A DNA stretch of 64,000 bases. Origin: Amoebophrya sp. A120. Lineage: Eukaryota; Protista; Dinoflagellata. The position numbers and the translations under genes are program-made. Each line of letters opens with the position of its first letter. Within the stretch, counting starts at the first letter, position 1. Of this stretch, positions 22,027 through 36,000 are shown piece by piece. The stretch covers positions 1,625,102 through 1,689,101 of the forward strand of contig CAJINV010000016.1 in NCBI GenBank assembly GCA_905178155.1, given 5' to 3'. The notes below the pieces were generated by a model that ran no database searches, was not told the DNA's origin, and saw nothing but the letters and a program-made list of their open reading frames with translations.

Positions 22027-24917
22027 TTGGAACGCTTTTCGTTTTTCGATTTCGGATTCTTGTGCCTCAGGAGGGTGGAACTACGCGGGTTACGTCGGAT
22101 GAGTCGTAACAATGTAGAGAGACGAGGGAAGACATTAAGCAGGATGGTAAAACTACTGCCAGGGTAGTTGATGTACCTGTGCGTCCTTCACCTTCTTGCG
22201 CGCCAGATTGATAGGTAGCACGCAATACAGGTAGACGTAGTGGCGAACCGGTATTGCTAGCGGCCATAGCGAGACCCATAGCTACTAACAGATGATACAA
22301 CATTATACATGGGGTTAGGGGAAAACTGAGAGCTCATGATGTGGCACTGACTGCTATTGTGTTCAATGTCTCTGTTTTGAAGTTGAACTAAAGCGAATAT
22401 ACTTTAGTAGTAAGCGAGGCAATTTGTACTACCAAAACAGGACGACTTCCTACTTGAGGTGCTGAACTATGGTTTTGGTTTTCTTCTGAAGACGAACGAC
22501 AAGACTAACGGAAAAGAGAGGACGAGTGTGACCACGCGATGAAAAGACAACGACTGAAGAAGTGCTGACAGGAAAAATGTGGAGCGCGAAGCTCTTGTCG
22601 TGTACGATAAGGGACGAGGAGTGTTTTGACATTCAGTGTTTGATGAAATTGATTTCGCAAAACCGTGCGAAAAAAGTACGAAACGTGACTTGCGGTCATG
22701 GATGAATGACTTTTCGATCCGGCAGGGGCAAATCAAATGACATTGGACGATTAAGCTATCGTTATCGATGAAATCAATCACTTACATGTTCTCTTTTCCA
22801 GTCTGTGTGAGTGTGACTACTGCGTTTCGTTTGATAATATGTTGAGGCCTCCAAACGACGTTGGAAGCAGCTGCAACGATCACAGCAATTCCGACGGCCT
22901 GAAGATACGGCACCCACACCGATTTGTCCGACGTCGCCCGGCCCAACCACACAAGAACGATAAAGACGAGGTTGAAAAATCTCTTTCTCGTCTACCACTG
23001 CCACACAAATATACACTGCGGGCCGATGGCGGATGAAAAAATGACTTATTCACGAAGACACAAAACGAAGGAACAAACAGAAGCTGTGCTGCGTAGTTGG
23101 CGGTTAATATTTTCAACCTGCTCGTGGTGCTGGTGGTAGCTGTTGACCCCCTTGAGCTACGTAGATCTTCATCTTCTTCATTTGCTCGCCCGCCTGCTGC
23201 TGCGCTTGTTTTTTCAGAAAATTCATTTGTAAAAAATTTGTTTCTCAAGGTCGCACGAAGACCTTGACTGTGACTCCTGCACTTCAACTTTAACATCTCA
23301 ACATTTGGAAAAGATGACGCTCCTTTGTTCAGTTGTATCATTATCAACAACATCGAGAATTCATTTCAGTTCCTCTTTTTTTGTGACAGCAACCACAACA
23401 GCGTGATACAAAAAGAGTCTTTGAGTTTTCTTTTTCCACGTTCACATAAGATTCATTTCCGATCGGAGAGCTATCGACGTTTCATTACCAGCGCTTTTTC
23501 TTCGGTGCAGCAAAACCGCTGCATCTTCTGGTAATATACTTATGTCAGTAGATACGTTTCGAATTTTGAACCTGACAGCCAACTCGTGAAACTGTGTGCT
23601 GAAGAAATACAAGAAATATCAACAGCGCATGTCGTTTTTCCTGAAGCTTAACCAAGACGAAACCTTAACCTGTGCTGCGCGGAAGCAGACCAAACGAGAA
23701 GTACTCTAGTAGTGTGTCATCGAATTTTCCGCAGTCGAGGTAGTTTATTCGCACTACACAACTGCCGCCCGTTTGCACTGCCGAGATTCTGTGTTGTATT
23801 TTCCAAAAAGTTGTAGCTAGTTGTATTCTCTAGCAGCCGTCGGTCTATTCAGAAAAGTGTAGTGGTAGTTTCAGCAGTGTCTATTCGCCTCGAAGTAGAC
23901 CTAATCGATTTTAGCAGCCCAGAACTATCATGCCACTGCTGCTCTATTGGCAGCTTATAGTGATTCTCGATGTTTTTTTCACCTCGTCTAGAGGTTTCGC
24001 GTAAACATGATGCTGATCCTCATCCTGTTCTATCCAATAAATTCGCTACCGTAACAAGTTTAGCATTTACTTACAACCCCGTCGAGAAACGAAACTACAA
24101 ATAGGCAATCAGATAGGAGTTTTATGCCACTGTCTATCTCTTTCTGCTTTTCTTTTTTCATAAATTACACCAGGAGTCCTGTCGTGCTTCCTCTACCCTA
24201 CTTGTCGTGGGACTCTTTTTTTCTCATTTCTCTGCGTACCGTTAACCCATAGATGCAAGAAAAAAGCGTCATCCTATGGGACACAGCACACTCTCATCCT
24301 CACCAGGAGTGGCTGGAGTGAAGAGCTAAAATTCTTCATCATGGTGGCGTTTTTCGAGTTGTGTTGGTGGGTACCGGTGTAGGGTTTTGCTATTGCTTCA
24401 GAAACGGAATACAAGATATTCTATTGCGGACGGTGCAGTTGAGAAATCTAAATGCTCCTGTGTAAGCAGTATGACTTCATCCAGTTTTCTTGTGGTGCCG
24501 TGGTAGGTACAGGTACAGGTACTATTACATAAAACTCGCGCTATCACTAGAACCGGATGGATATTACTTAGCCCGTCCCCTGCAGCTCGGTCGCGCGAAC
24601 GATGTTGTTCGCGTGACTACTTGCCGTATGGTGCCTGAATCTATCCGACCCTGAGTATTGTTCTTGGTCATGCTCGCATGTGATCACTAGTATCCTTTTT
24701 TTCTACTCCCGTACGTACCTTCCTACCATAACTGCAGCGAGCGCCTCCTCCCGCTGGCATCAGTTGCACTACAAGGAAAAAGTCTTTGTGTGGTGGTGGT
24801 TTGTTGTGTTATACAGACTTATTACCTTGAATCCATCGCGCAGAAGTCCTCAGCGATGTAAAGTAATTATTGTCCTTGTGGGGGGCTACTCTACCAATCT
24901 TTCTTCAGACATCTCTT

Positions 24918-26170
24918 CTATTCCAACGCTCTTATAATATCAACGTGTACACGCATCAGTTTCTCGTCGGTAGTAGTTCTTTCGGTTGACGTTTTTGATT
25001 CCGTATCTTCTAAAACAAGTATCCAAAAAGCAGCTGATAGTTGATATTCCTTCTCCAATAAATCGGTATGAAAAAGCTTAAGTTTGCTCGAGAAGGAATT
25101 CACTTGAAACGCCATCAAGTGGTTGTAGTTCATCTCGGTTGAGACTATTCTATTCCTTGCAGCAAACTACTTTTCATCTCTTAGCTCGCCTCTGCTCCTT
25201 CTACCAACATTTTTTGGCATTTCTAACTCAAAAAATAGAACGTCAACTATTCGAGCGTGTACGATTAGAATTAAAACGTGCTGGCAATAAAGTACGGATT
25301 TCATTTTTCGGTTGCAATATTTCTATCGCAAGGTGCTCTAAGTACAACAGCAAGGCTCAAACCTATTGACCGCCGTCGTGGTCATCAACCACAACGCAGA
25401 AATTTTCCGTGACCAGAGCGAAAACTTGAAGAGAGATCGAAAACTCGTACGAGTTTCCGATCCCACTGCAAATGTTCGGACCGAACGGAAAAAGCCACGA
25501 AGGGGAAGTCGCTGACAAAGACAGCGCTAGCGCTAGGCTTTGTTCCTGATTTACTTCGTTTTGATATCCGAAGGCACCGGCGATATTTCTACCGCTTTTA
25601 TATCGTTGAGGATGTTCTAGTTGTACTACCCTGTGTAAAGAGAATTGCCAGTTATTGTCAACAGCTGTATACAGAAGTTTTATCTGATAAAGAACCATAC
25701 ATATTTGAGGGCGGTGAAACAAAGCATTTAGTAGTTCATATTTATCCAAAAAGTAATCATCTTCAATATCGAAAAGTCAACCTCCTAGGTGCATTTTTAA
25801 TTGGGAAAAATATGTTGGCAGAGAGTTGAGGAATTCTTGTATCTTGGTCAAAAGCCTATATCAGCTGCATTACAGTGACATCACTGTAATGAGAAAATAA
25901 GGTAGTACAAAGCTAGCTTCAGTGGTCAAAATATATCGGAATTATTTTTAACATTCGGTGGCGAAATTTCGTATATTTCAGTAAAGCTTGCCTTATGGGC
26001 ACTCCCACTAAAGCGCTCAGAAGTTCTATTTCGAAAATGATACGACCAAGACAGAAACATCCTGATCTTTATTTCGAAATAATTTTTCCATCGTACTATC
26101 CGTCGTAACAAGTATAACATTATCGTAGAAAATAAATCGGATCCTGTCGAGTCCTTCTAGTCTGTAATGT
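24918..26170 (-). pseudogene. Possible decayed AT-rich coding sequence, unidentified
   Basis: Protein-like stretches in successive minus-strand frames, broken by stops and frameshifts (e.g. ...KMHLGG*LFDIEDDYFLDKYELL...). Confidence 0.25.
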
Positions 26171-26518
26171 ACAAAACTAATGCTGCTGTGTTTGGTAAGA
26201 AAGAATTGTCAATTGTTGTTCTCGATCGTCGCTTCCACGTGTCTTGTTCCCCTCCAGTCTCACGTTCTTGGAAGATGTTTTGTCGGCTTTTACTGTTCTC
26301 CACATCGTATAATTTTTGCTGTTTTTCTTTTTCTTCTTCACTATTCAAATTTCGTGTCGCTTCTCGAACAACCGTTTAGCCTTGAGAGAACCTGTTTTTA
26401 GTTTGAAAGATTTCTTTATTTTTTCCCAATTTCGCGGTTCCAGAAAAAGAAAATCTAAATTTTCATGATGTGAAAACGAATCGGATTCACAACAAAAACA
26501 AGGCAAGCCCAATATTAC

Positions 26519-29460
26519 TTAAGCCTTGGACATTTCCGGTGACTCGCGCTCTGTCGGGGCGGTTTCCGGAGTGCCGAAGGGTCCCTTTGACATGACGCCC
26601 ATTTCGCTCGCAGCCCAGCCATGCTCGTCATGCTCCACACCAGCAGCGTCCTGGTCGATGAGATCGAAGTGCAAATGAAATTTGCCATGCACAGTTTCGC
26701 AAAAAAAAAATGCTTTCTTTGTCATACAACTACTCAAGCACAAAAGGAGAGATAAGACACAAAAATTTTTACCTTCGCTCGGTTCTTTCTGCGCATGTCG
26801 TTTTCTACCAAAGCAGCAATCATCTGGTGCGCACGGCAAGTGGCGCGCATCGTTCCCCGCAACACGACCTGGAAGTTTGATGCACAGCATGATTTTTGGC
26901 AAATTGATTCATTGCATTGTGAGTTCCGCGTGACAAGTTTCCACGTAGTAGTGTACTTATGTAGACCTACAGCTGCTGTACAACGATATCTCGTGAGCAC
27001 ATGAAACTTGTGATGCGCAATCAACACGACACCCCGGTTGTAAAAAAATTTCGTTCATGCTGCAATAAACTAAAGACGAATTCTACCTCTCTCGTCGGCT
27101 CATCCGGCATGCCACCTCGGCCGAGGCCCTGGTTGATAATCCCTCCGTGGTGGTTGGTCTTCAACGCTGCCGGGTCGCCCGGGTTGGTTCCAGACTCGAT
27201 GTCGATTCGCACTCCGGTGCACTCGCGACGGATGGTGGAGATGGTGTTGCCGCGGCGGCTATCAAGTGCAAATATGTCTGGGTCTGGAAGAATGCAACTT
27301 GTCATGCAGATTTTTCATGACCCATGAGGTCTGGAATGCGGGACCTAGCATGGCAAACTCTGCGAGGTCCTCTCTGTCATGCCCATCCTGCATGAGATAT
27401 CCCCTCCCAACTTGGTCGAAAGTGGAGAGCTTTTGGCACTCATACAACACAGATTTTAGCATGCTTCAGATTTAGCATCACAAGTTACTGTCTTCCAGAC
27501 CCAGACATATTTGCAATGCATAGCGGCCGATCAGCATACCGACGGTGTCGTCCGGGAGGCGCAGCACGCACTCGATGATCGGGCCCGTATCAAAAAGAAA
27601 AATCCCCCCTCCCCATATCGGAAACGAAATTTGTGATGCTGTATTTGAATACACAAATCGACTTGTCTTGCCAGAAGGCCAAGAGACGCAGCTGTGGCCT
27701 GCATTGCGGGCAATTTGTCATGCTGTTTCCCACTTCCAGTTGCCTCGTGTCATGCTGGAGATGCAACACTTTCCCACGCTAGCTAGCACTACAGTCCGCA
27801 TCTTTTGCCTTCTAGCATCACAAAGCTGATATGTGACCACAGATCTGCATCACAGATTTCCGTTTTGATATGGGGAGGGGGGATTTTCGTTCTTGATAGC
27901 CCGCGAGGGGGGATTTGTAGAAGGACTCGGAGACGCGCATAATGTTATACAAAGACGGAATTTCCTTAATGGAAGCCCACACAGCGCGCATCGCCTCGCG
28001 GATCTGGGGCAGCTTACCCGACAGCTGTAGTTGTGTGATGGTGCGATAGGACAATATCATGGTGCTTTGTTTTATTTTTGCATCAGTAGAAACATAATGC
28101 TGATTTCGCCAGAAAACCAAATGCTGAATTCTTTCATGTAATGCGTGCACCGCATGAGAGCGGATCTCTGTCATGCTTGATCAAGAAACACGAACAATAA
28201 GCTCTCTCAAATTAATATTTTCAAGTACCTGAACTTCTCCCTCTCCCTGGATCTTCACTGTGCAACCGGAAGTTTCGCGAATGGAGTGCGCACCCTGACC
28301 CCGGCGGCCAATCACCGCACCGATTTGGTTGCTCGCGACGTCTACCTTGAAGGAAAACAAGTGATCTATCCTGAGCAAAAACGTCCCAACCCCAGAGTTG
28401 TCATGCAGATCTGCAAACACAAGAGCATTTGTAATGCGCATCTACATGAGAGGCATTTCCCATTGTATTTTGGAACCTGTAATGCTGTAAACAGGATAAG
28501 GAGGTGGATTTGTTATGCGGCTTCCCTTGCTAAACTGCATTACACTACAGCCTGCAACTTGTCATGCGTGGCTCCCAAAACCTCGAGGTTTGTGTTGCAA
28601 AATCCCCATCTTGACTCTGGGGTGGGATCGTTTTTACTCAGGATATGATCCTCGCCCAGGCGCGCGAGTTGGCCCTTCGTCGCGTTTTATCCTGTGCAAA
28701 AGTATCCTAGTCGTAACTAATATGCAATCAATTTGTAATGCAGATTTGCCTTAAGAACTAGACTAGTTCTTAAGCCAAATCTGCATTACAAATTCAACTT
28801 GTAATGCTGAGCCAATTTCTGTTGCAATCTATACTAGTACGATACTTTTGCAGTGCATACGTTTTTCAGTTCCCGCTCGAAAACGTCGAACATTGCCTCG
28901 ACACCTGGGGAGCGAGAATGGGTTTGTTCTGATGAGGAACAAGCAAGGGGAGCGAGAGTAAGTAGAGGTTTGTCATGCTGAATAAAGCACAATGCAAAAA
29001 TACGGCACATTGACATTTTTCATTCTGCAGTTTTTATTTACGATGCGTACCTACGCATGAGAAGCTGAAACTCTAATGCTCGACAAGCAATGGAAATAGT
29101 ACCGGCCTCCACGTCCTTTGTGATAATCACCTGACGCATGTCGACGACGCGGGGGTCACGCGGAAAAACCTTGATCGTAGACCCGGAATCCGACTAGACT
29201 ATGAAAGAGCAAAATTTGTCTTGCGTTCGTGCCGATGCAAACAGTGTTTGTCATGGTGGTCGTCCGATATGCATATTAATGTGACCTGGTCGAACAGTTC
29301 AGACCACAGACATGTCATTTCTGCAGGGTTCTACTGCGCAAGACAATAAGTTTTTCCCTTTCTTATGAATCTTCCGAATGGTATCGCCTTGGTAACCAAT
29401 GAGGCCGCCCATGAAGGCAACCGGCACTCGGATCGACAATTCGGCACGGGAATACACCAT
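26519..29460 (-). CDS. Triple KH-domain RNA-binding protein, 10 exons
   Basis: Three KH motifs after manual splicing (GGLIGYQGDTIRKI; GAVIGRRGQGAHSI; GMLIGRRGNTISTI...REVVLRG). Five IR/DR introns plus GT-AG introns 28905-29102, 28025-28228, 26869-27086 and 26651-26772. Confidence 0.85.
27260..27522. mobile_element. IR/DR introner, family E
   Basis: Exact 25-bp IR TGCAAATATGTCTGGGTCTGGAAGA; DR GCGGC; splits the KH GxxG loop. Confidence 0.92.
27588..27898. mobile_element. IR/DR introner, family F
   Basis: About 50-bp IR (AAAATCCCCCCTCCCCATATC core); DR GCCCG; splice gives LAGPIIE. Confidence 0.92.
28367..28645. mobile_element. IR/DR introner, family D
   Basis: IR TATCCTGAGYAAAAACG..CCCCAGAGT; DR TGATC; splice gives GEDHLFSF. 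Confidence 0.92.
28688..28859. mobile_element. IR/DR introner, family B variant with internal palindrome
   Basis: TGCAAAAGTATC IR; DR CGTTT; splice gives LKNATKG. Confidence 0.9.
29200..29365. mobile_element. Degenerate IR introner
   Basis: IR GAAAG..AAAA..TTGTCTTGCG; DR decayed; removal of element plus 5 nt gives IRKIQSDSG. Confidence 0.65.
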
Positions 29461-30959
29461 TTTCGCTAGTCGATGGCTAGTATATGCAGCTAGTAAAGCA
29501 ACCGGTGCGGTTTAAAGTATACTTTAAAAAAAAGTATAAAGTAAAGAAGTCCTCAGGTGGGAGCGTTATTTTTTAAACCGAAAATGGCAAAAAACTACAC
29601 TAGAAGCAGCAGAGTGACTACAGTTTCGAGACACGAAGTCCGCAAACCTGTTGTGACTGAGCCTGTGAGACTAGGAAACCTGTTTTGATGCGCAGTTGGA
29701 GTTGGTGATGTAAGCAGTTTTGCTTTTACAGCGGTTTTGTTTATTCTTGTGCGAACCAATTGATTCACAAGGTTTGTTGATAGAGAGAACGAAAGCTAAA
29801 CGCAAACGCCTTCACTTGTATCTCGCAAAAAAAAGTACGAAAAAAAGCTCAAAACGCTGCCGCCGCCGCAAAACTGTACAATAGCTATCGAGTGTTCTTT
29901 AGCTTAGGAAAGTTTTCAAAAAATGTTGCGGATCAGAGATTTCTTGAATTCTACAAAGGCACCAGGTTGCTGTTGACTTCTACGGAGTAAGAGTAGTTTG
30001 CGTAGTCGAGTCTAAGGTGATAGTACAAAGACAGGCTTCTTCTACAACTGCTATAGTGTTCTAGTTCTAGGCCGTATAGCTCCTGCCGAGTCGCTATCGC
30101 TTGGTCGCTGCTCGCTGAGGATCCAGTATCCGAGATGGAAAATCTCCTTCCCTGTAGTTCGTTGTAGCGGTTCATCGATTTTTCAGAGGCAAAGTTGAGC
30201 CGCATGGTAATTGTGCAAGAAATGCATGCTCAACAACATGAACGGTTCCTCGTGCCGGAAGATGCACAAGCATCGTCACGCGCCGGAGAAGGACGTCTTC
30301 AAATTTATTTTTGTCCAAAAGCAACTAAGTTAGTATATGATCGACCTCATCGCAAATATCAAGTTGAGTCGCATCAAACCAGGCGCGTGAATACAAAAGG
30401 CAACTCAACAACACCGGCTGATCGAAAAAGATTCTTCATCAAAAGCATTTCCAGAGTGCTTTCTAGCATTGATCTTGAAGAGCAACGCCGCTGCACGCAA
30501 CAAGATCTGCAACATACATAATTTCTGCGATTTTCAAAAACGATCTTGAAAAGCCACAGGTCAGCATCAAACTTGTGACAAGGACAAAACTTTTTCAAAA
30601 ACATCTACGCACGAAATTTCTCAAAAGCTGTAGCGGTACCGGTAGCGGGAAGGGGAGCTTCAGCTTCATACTCATAATCTCGCTCTTTTATTTTGGCCAT
30701 CGGAATTAGTATCATGATCATGAGTAATACGCACAACTGCAGATCTATCTCTTACAAGTCTTGTCATGAGCGACGTGCAATAAGCACTATCTCTAGCTGA
30801 ATCACTATAGACACATTCTGCCCAGCATACATCGTCGCTCATTGCGAAACTAACAACAGACCAGCAGCAGAAACAAACATGCTACAAGGATCAGGCTTGC
30901 GAGCAGTCCAAGCGCAATTAAGACGCAAGAACACAAGCCACCAAGCCTATCAGCCACAA

Positions 30960-32830
30960 GTTAGTAAGCCCCCGGATGAAGGCGGGAGACCTATGACCGC
31001 CTGGCCCTACGGTCCGTCGGGGTCGGGCAAATAGAAAGACGGCGACAGGATATATACTCACTGCAGGGGCGAAGTAAGTATGTATTCCGGCCCATCCGCA
31101 AAATGGCGCTGCGGCAGACCGGCGCCCAGCCGGGCCGGCGAACACCGCGAGCAACCGCGCGCGGGCGCGACGTCGCGCCACATGCGCGCTACCGCCACAC
31201 ACAATAGGAGGGCATCAAACCTCTGTCGCTACTACGTACGAGCCCGCCGGGCCGGCGGGCGCGCAACTACAAGGCGCCACGGGGCGACCCAGGGTCGCGC
31301 TGGCGCTGCAGTGCCAGCGCGCGGGGGAAAAGGGCGCCACAGTTAGTAAGCGAAGCAAGCAACCAAACAAAGGCCGGCCCGGGGGGGGCGAACTGGCACC
31401 AAGGGCCGGCGGGGCATACACTAGCAACGCGGGAGGGGCCACCGCGCGCAAGCTGCCCCCCTGGGCCTGCGGCCGCGCCGGCCGCCCGAGGCTTGGGGGG
31501 CCCGCAGGGGCCTCAGCAAAGAAATAAATTTCCAGGCGGCCGGCCTGGTGGTCTTGGACCTGGTTGCGGCGCAATTAGGTCCATAACTGCGCGGGGGCGC
31601 TGGCCCATCGCCTTTGGGCGTTTTGCGCCCCCCTCCGCTACAGATTTGCGCAGGTGCGCCGGAAGCCCCACAGTGCCAGGCTGTTCGCCCAACAGCGGGC
31701 GCCGGCGAAGGGCCACGCAACCAGGAGCACAAAAATCCGCCGCGCGCCGGAGATGGAGCGGGCGCCTCTACGTACCTCCGGGAAACAGCCCAGATTTTCT
31801 CTAGGGCGGTCGCACCCAGTCCCTCCTTCCCCTCGTTTCAAATGCGGATGCAACAGTCCAAAAACTCGGGGCAGTTCTCGGGCCTCGGGCGAAACACGAC
31901 GGCCGCACCGCCCTGCGCCCACCGCGGGCATACTGGACCCGCCGGCCGACGCCGCAAATTGCCGGCCCCGGCCCCTTTTAGGGGCGAGGGGGCGGGCGGA
32001 GGGGAAACCAGCGCCGGGCCTGTGCCGGGTGACCCGCACGCCTTGGGGCCAAGCAAACAATCCATCAGCGCGCGGCGCCGGCCGCTCCGAAATGGCCACG
32101 AGCGCCAAGACTTTGCGGCATGACAGACCGAGCCGCGCCGCGCGCCGCTTCGCATCAAAAAGCGCGCCCCGTGTAGCCGCGCGACATGCGCCCTGATGCC
32201 ACAGCCGCGGCATTTATTTACATAGTCACTAGCGCAACTGAATCGCGATAGCAAACAAGGCAGCATGCACATTTGGTCGCTGTCGTCCGCCCGTCTGAAT
32301 TTCCAAAACAGTAACACTTCCAGCAGGGTTGTCCTCGGGATCGTTCACCGTAATGCAGGAGTGCCCGCGCCATGCGCGGAAGGCCCGCCGGGCGCGCTTC
32401 TGGGTAGACCGCCCGGATTTTCTCCATGAAGGTCGCCGGCATGCCTTCTTTCATTCCCCTCGTTCTGCAAACTCCAGTAGGGCTTCAGCAGTTCGGGGCA
32501 TTTCTCGGCAGTTTGGTGGAAGCAAAACGACGCGCGGCGGCGGCCGCTGAGAAAGCAGGGCCACAGGTGCCCAAGCTTTGCGGCATGGCAGACCCAGCGG
32601 CGCCACGGCGCCGCGCGGGCGTCGCGCGCCGTTTCGCATCAAAAACCGCAACAGCATGCGCCCCGACACTACAGCAGGCGGAGCGACATTTATTCACACA
32701 ACTTCAATTGCGCACAGAAAAACGAGAACGCATCTCGTTCACGAGCACCACGAACACAAACACCATCTAGACGGCACGCAGAAGCGACGTCAAGCCGAAG
32801 CCATACAAAACAGCCCCGCACGCACATTTT
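30960..32830. repeat. GC-rich non-coding island with an internal imperfect direct repeat; possible transposon remnant
   Basis: Abrupt GC rise, no coherent ORF; segments near 32105-32230 and 32570-32705 are diverged copies. Boundaries approximate. Confidence 0.4.
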
Positions 32831-33048
32831 CTGCTGTGGGCTCAGCAGATGAAAATGAATCAGGACTAACAAACGTCTATCTTACTCTTACTTTAGCCCT
32901 ACTATGATCAACATCCAAGCCCAGCTCCAGCTGCAGTATATGATACAGAAAGCAATTTCTCCTCCACTCAAAACCTGTAAAAGGCATTGGAGCATCACTG
33001 GCGCTTGACCATGTCCTCGTGTATTTCAGCTGGCTTGCCCCGCCTCAC

Positions 33049-36000
33049 CTACCACCCTACCTCATCCAGCACCGAGTTGAAATCGCACGGGTTGTCACTC
33101 GGCTCCGGCATCTCCCCGTCGCTCTGGGTCAGGCCGTTCGGTAACAAGTCCCGCATCGCCTCGTCGGGATCGTCCTGCCCGTCGAGGAAGTAATTCTTCA
33201 AATCATCCTGCTCCTGCTGCAGATTCGGGAGGTTCAGCTGTGCTTGTTGCTGTCTTGTGTGAGATGTTCCAGCAGCACCGTTCGGTGCCAAAAAGTGTCC
33301 GTGCGGCTGTTGCTGCTGGAGCATTACAGGCGGCTGCTGCGGCAATGCTGAGATGAATTGCTGCGGGGGAAGAAAGGGATTGAACTGCGGAATCTGTTGC
33401 TGCTGCTGCCCTACTTGCTGTAGTCCTCCTCCTGCAAGCCCACCTCCGACGCCTGTGTTTTGGAAATTTGGAACCGACAAATTTGGTGCATTGTGAAATT
33501 GGAATGGGGCTCCGCATGAACCCGGCGGAAGGAAGGATCCTGGCCCTGCAGGTTGCATCGCCTGATTGAATGGGAACTGGTTGAGTCGTTGCTGTAGCTG
33601 TGCTGGTTGTGGTTGCCCTTCTCCTGCATGAGCATGAGTTGGCTGGTGCTGCTGCTGCTGCTGCTGCAAGCTGGTTGCCAAATTTGGTGGCTGGTCGTTG
33701 AGTGGCGGAGCAACCGGTGGCTGCTGCTGCTGCTGCTGCTGCTGCACGACTTGGCTCTGGCCTGCCACGCCTCGAAATCCTTGCTGTAGAAGTTGTGATT
33801 GTGATTGCTGCGGCGCAACAGAAAAACCGCCTTCTTGTTGCGACTGCTGAATCACAGATTGTTGTAGTTGTGAATGTTGCTGTTGCATCCCGATTGTCCC
33901 AGCCCCATCAACGTGCTGCTGTTGCTGCTGCGAGCCCGAAAAGCCTCCTTCCCCAACCACCGGCGACTCAAAACCAAACGGATCGCCCCCCTCCGGCGCA
34001 CTTTGCGGAAAGAGCTTGGTCTGATCAGTTCGCGCAGTGCCGGGCATCAAGTTGTCCTGCTGCTGGCTATTATCGACGCCCATGTCGACGTCGATATCAC
34101 GATTATGAACTTGGTCATAATGATCGGCGTAGGAATCAAAAAGCTCGGAAACGCTGATCCGTCGCTCGGAGAAAGAGGGATTTTTGTTCATCTGTCTCAC
34201 ACCACTTGAAGAATCTCCAGGACCACCTGGATTCTGATGCTCCACTTTGATCATCTTTTCCGGAGGGCCGCGCGAGATAGCATTCTCATTTGCCGCACTT
34301 CCACCTGCAGCAGGAACTACGTTGGAAGCAGCAGCTGCAGCAGCAGCCCCACCTGCCCCTGCGCCAAACGACGTGGTGTCCAAGCCGGCTCCACCTGGAG
34401 CCGAAAAAGAAACTTGCTCCTGCTGTTGCTGCATCATCCCACCAGGCATTGCAGGAGGAAAGTAGCCGGCAGAGCCTTGTTGCTGAAATTGTGAAAATTG
34501 TCCCTGTTGAACCCCCTGGACCCCCGCCGAATTCGCGTTGAAGCTTGTTCCTGCTCCCGGAAAGCCGGCGAAAATATCCACATTCGCATTCGGGTTCGCT
34601 GCGGAGGAAGAAGAACTGCCGCCTGCCTGCATTGACCCGCCAGCTGCACCAGGAGCCACATTGTTGCTGTTATTTCTGGACAGGGGCCTTTTGTTATTCT
34701 TGCTCGCTTGCCTACTCGCGCTGCCGAACTGAAACGGCTTCCCCGCTCCCGCACGGGCGGGCGAGGGTTGCGGATTGTTGAAGTTTTGCTGTTGTTGCAA
34801 CTGCTGTTCATGCTGATGTGGTTGTTCTTGCTTTATCATCGCATGATGCATTCCAAGCCCCGACTGCATCGCCAGTTGCTGTTGTTGCACCAATTTTTCT
34901 TTCTCGAGAAAAACTAGCAGCTCTTTGCAGCTCGTCCAGTTCGCGTCGCACATACCCGGAAAGTGGCTCGTGGTTTGAAAAAGACTCAACTTGAAGAACT
35001 CATCATGTCCACAGGTCGCCACCTCCACAATTTGCCCAGGGTGACAGAACCTCAGCTCGACAGCATCGCGCAGCGGTGCGGAGGACGGATTCGGAGCGTT
35101 TTGGGACTTAAAAGAATTATGTGACGCCCCCTGATCTTGTGGTCCACCTCCTTCTTCGTAGTTTATGCTTGTACCAGTACCACCGTCGGCCGCAGAGGCC
35201 CCGCCCAACAGCCCTTGTTCCTGGCGTAGTTTCTCCGCGTGGCTCGGAGATCTGTGGACCTGGAACTCCAAAAACAAGAATTTGATGAACTCCTGCATAT
35301 GCATTGCAAAAGTACTGTACCGTAGCCGTACTAGTATAAATCGCATGACAAATTTCCTCAGCGTGTAATGCTGATTTGACTTGGCAAAAAAATTTGTGAT
35401 GCATGAAAGCGATTACTACGATTGCGCTACTTTTGCGCAGGATACTGCAGAGCTTTCGGCGACAAGACTAAGTCGTGCTTCCCAGGTTCAAAGAAGGCGA
35501 TTTGGTTTTCGTTTTCGTTTTGTTGTTCCTGCTGTTGTTGGGATTGATTCTGATTCTGACTCAACAATAAACCTCGTCCTTGGCCCTGCTGTAGTTGCCC
35601 TCCTTCTTGCGGAGGTCGTACACCGTTCTTTGCCAAACTTGCCTTTGCTGCGATAAACCTCCCCCGGTTCAATATTGTCGCATCCACGAATTCCGTCGGG
35701 TCGAGCGCAATTTCCTTGCGACTGTGCTGCCCTTTTGACGAAGAAGGATCTGGCAATTGGTCTTCGTTTCCATCTTGATCCATAGGATCACGATCAACGA
35801 CGTTCTGGTTTTGGTTTTGTACTCCATTACTAGTGCCCTCATTCATCGTAAAATCGAAACTGGGGTCGTTCGGCTGCAAAGAATTGTCCTGCGCCGCCGC
35901 CGCCCCAGCCGCAGCGGCCATAATTCCCGGCGTCCAATTTCGGAAGACAATCTTTTGCTTTTTTGTGTCGGGACAAATCGCAATGTCCGGGAAATCACTG

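Noticed and set aside
25700-25860. In-frame TGA suggesting an alternative genetic code
   Set aside because: Nearby segments also have frameshifts and TAG/TAA stops, and the long host ORFs read with the standard code.
28045-28228. Possible additional introner in the KH gene
   Set aside because: IR and DR are weak, and a GT-AG intron (28025-28228) gives a good KH sequence.
31044-31055. GACAGGATATAT resembles the T-DNA border core
   Set aside because: Only 12 bp match, the second half of the border is absent, there is no partner border, and the context is unrelated.
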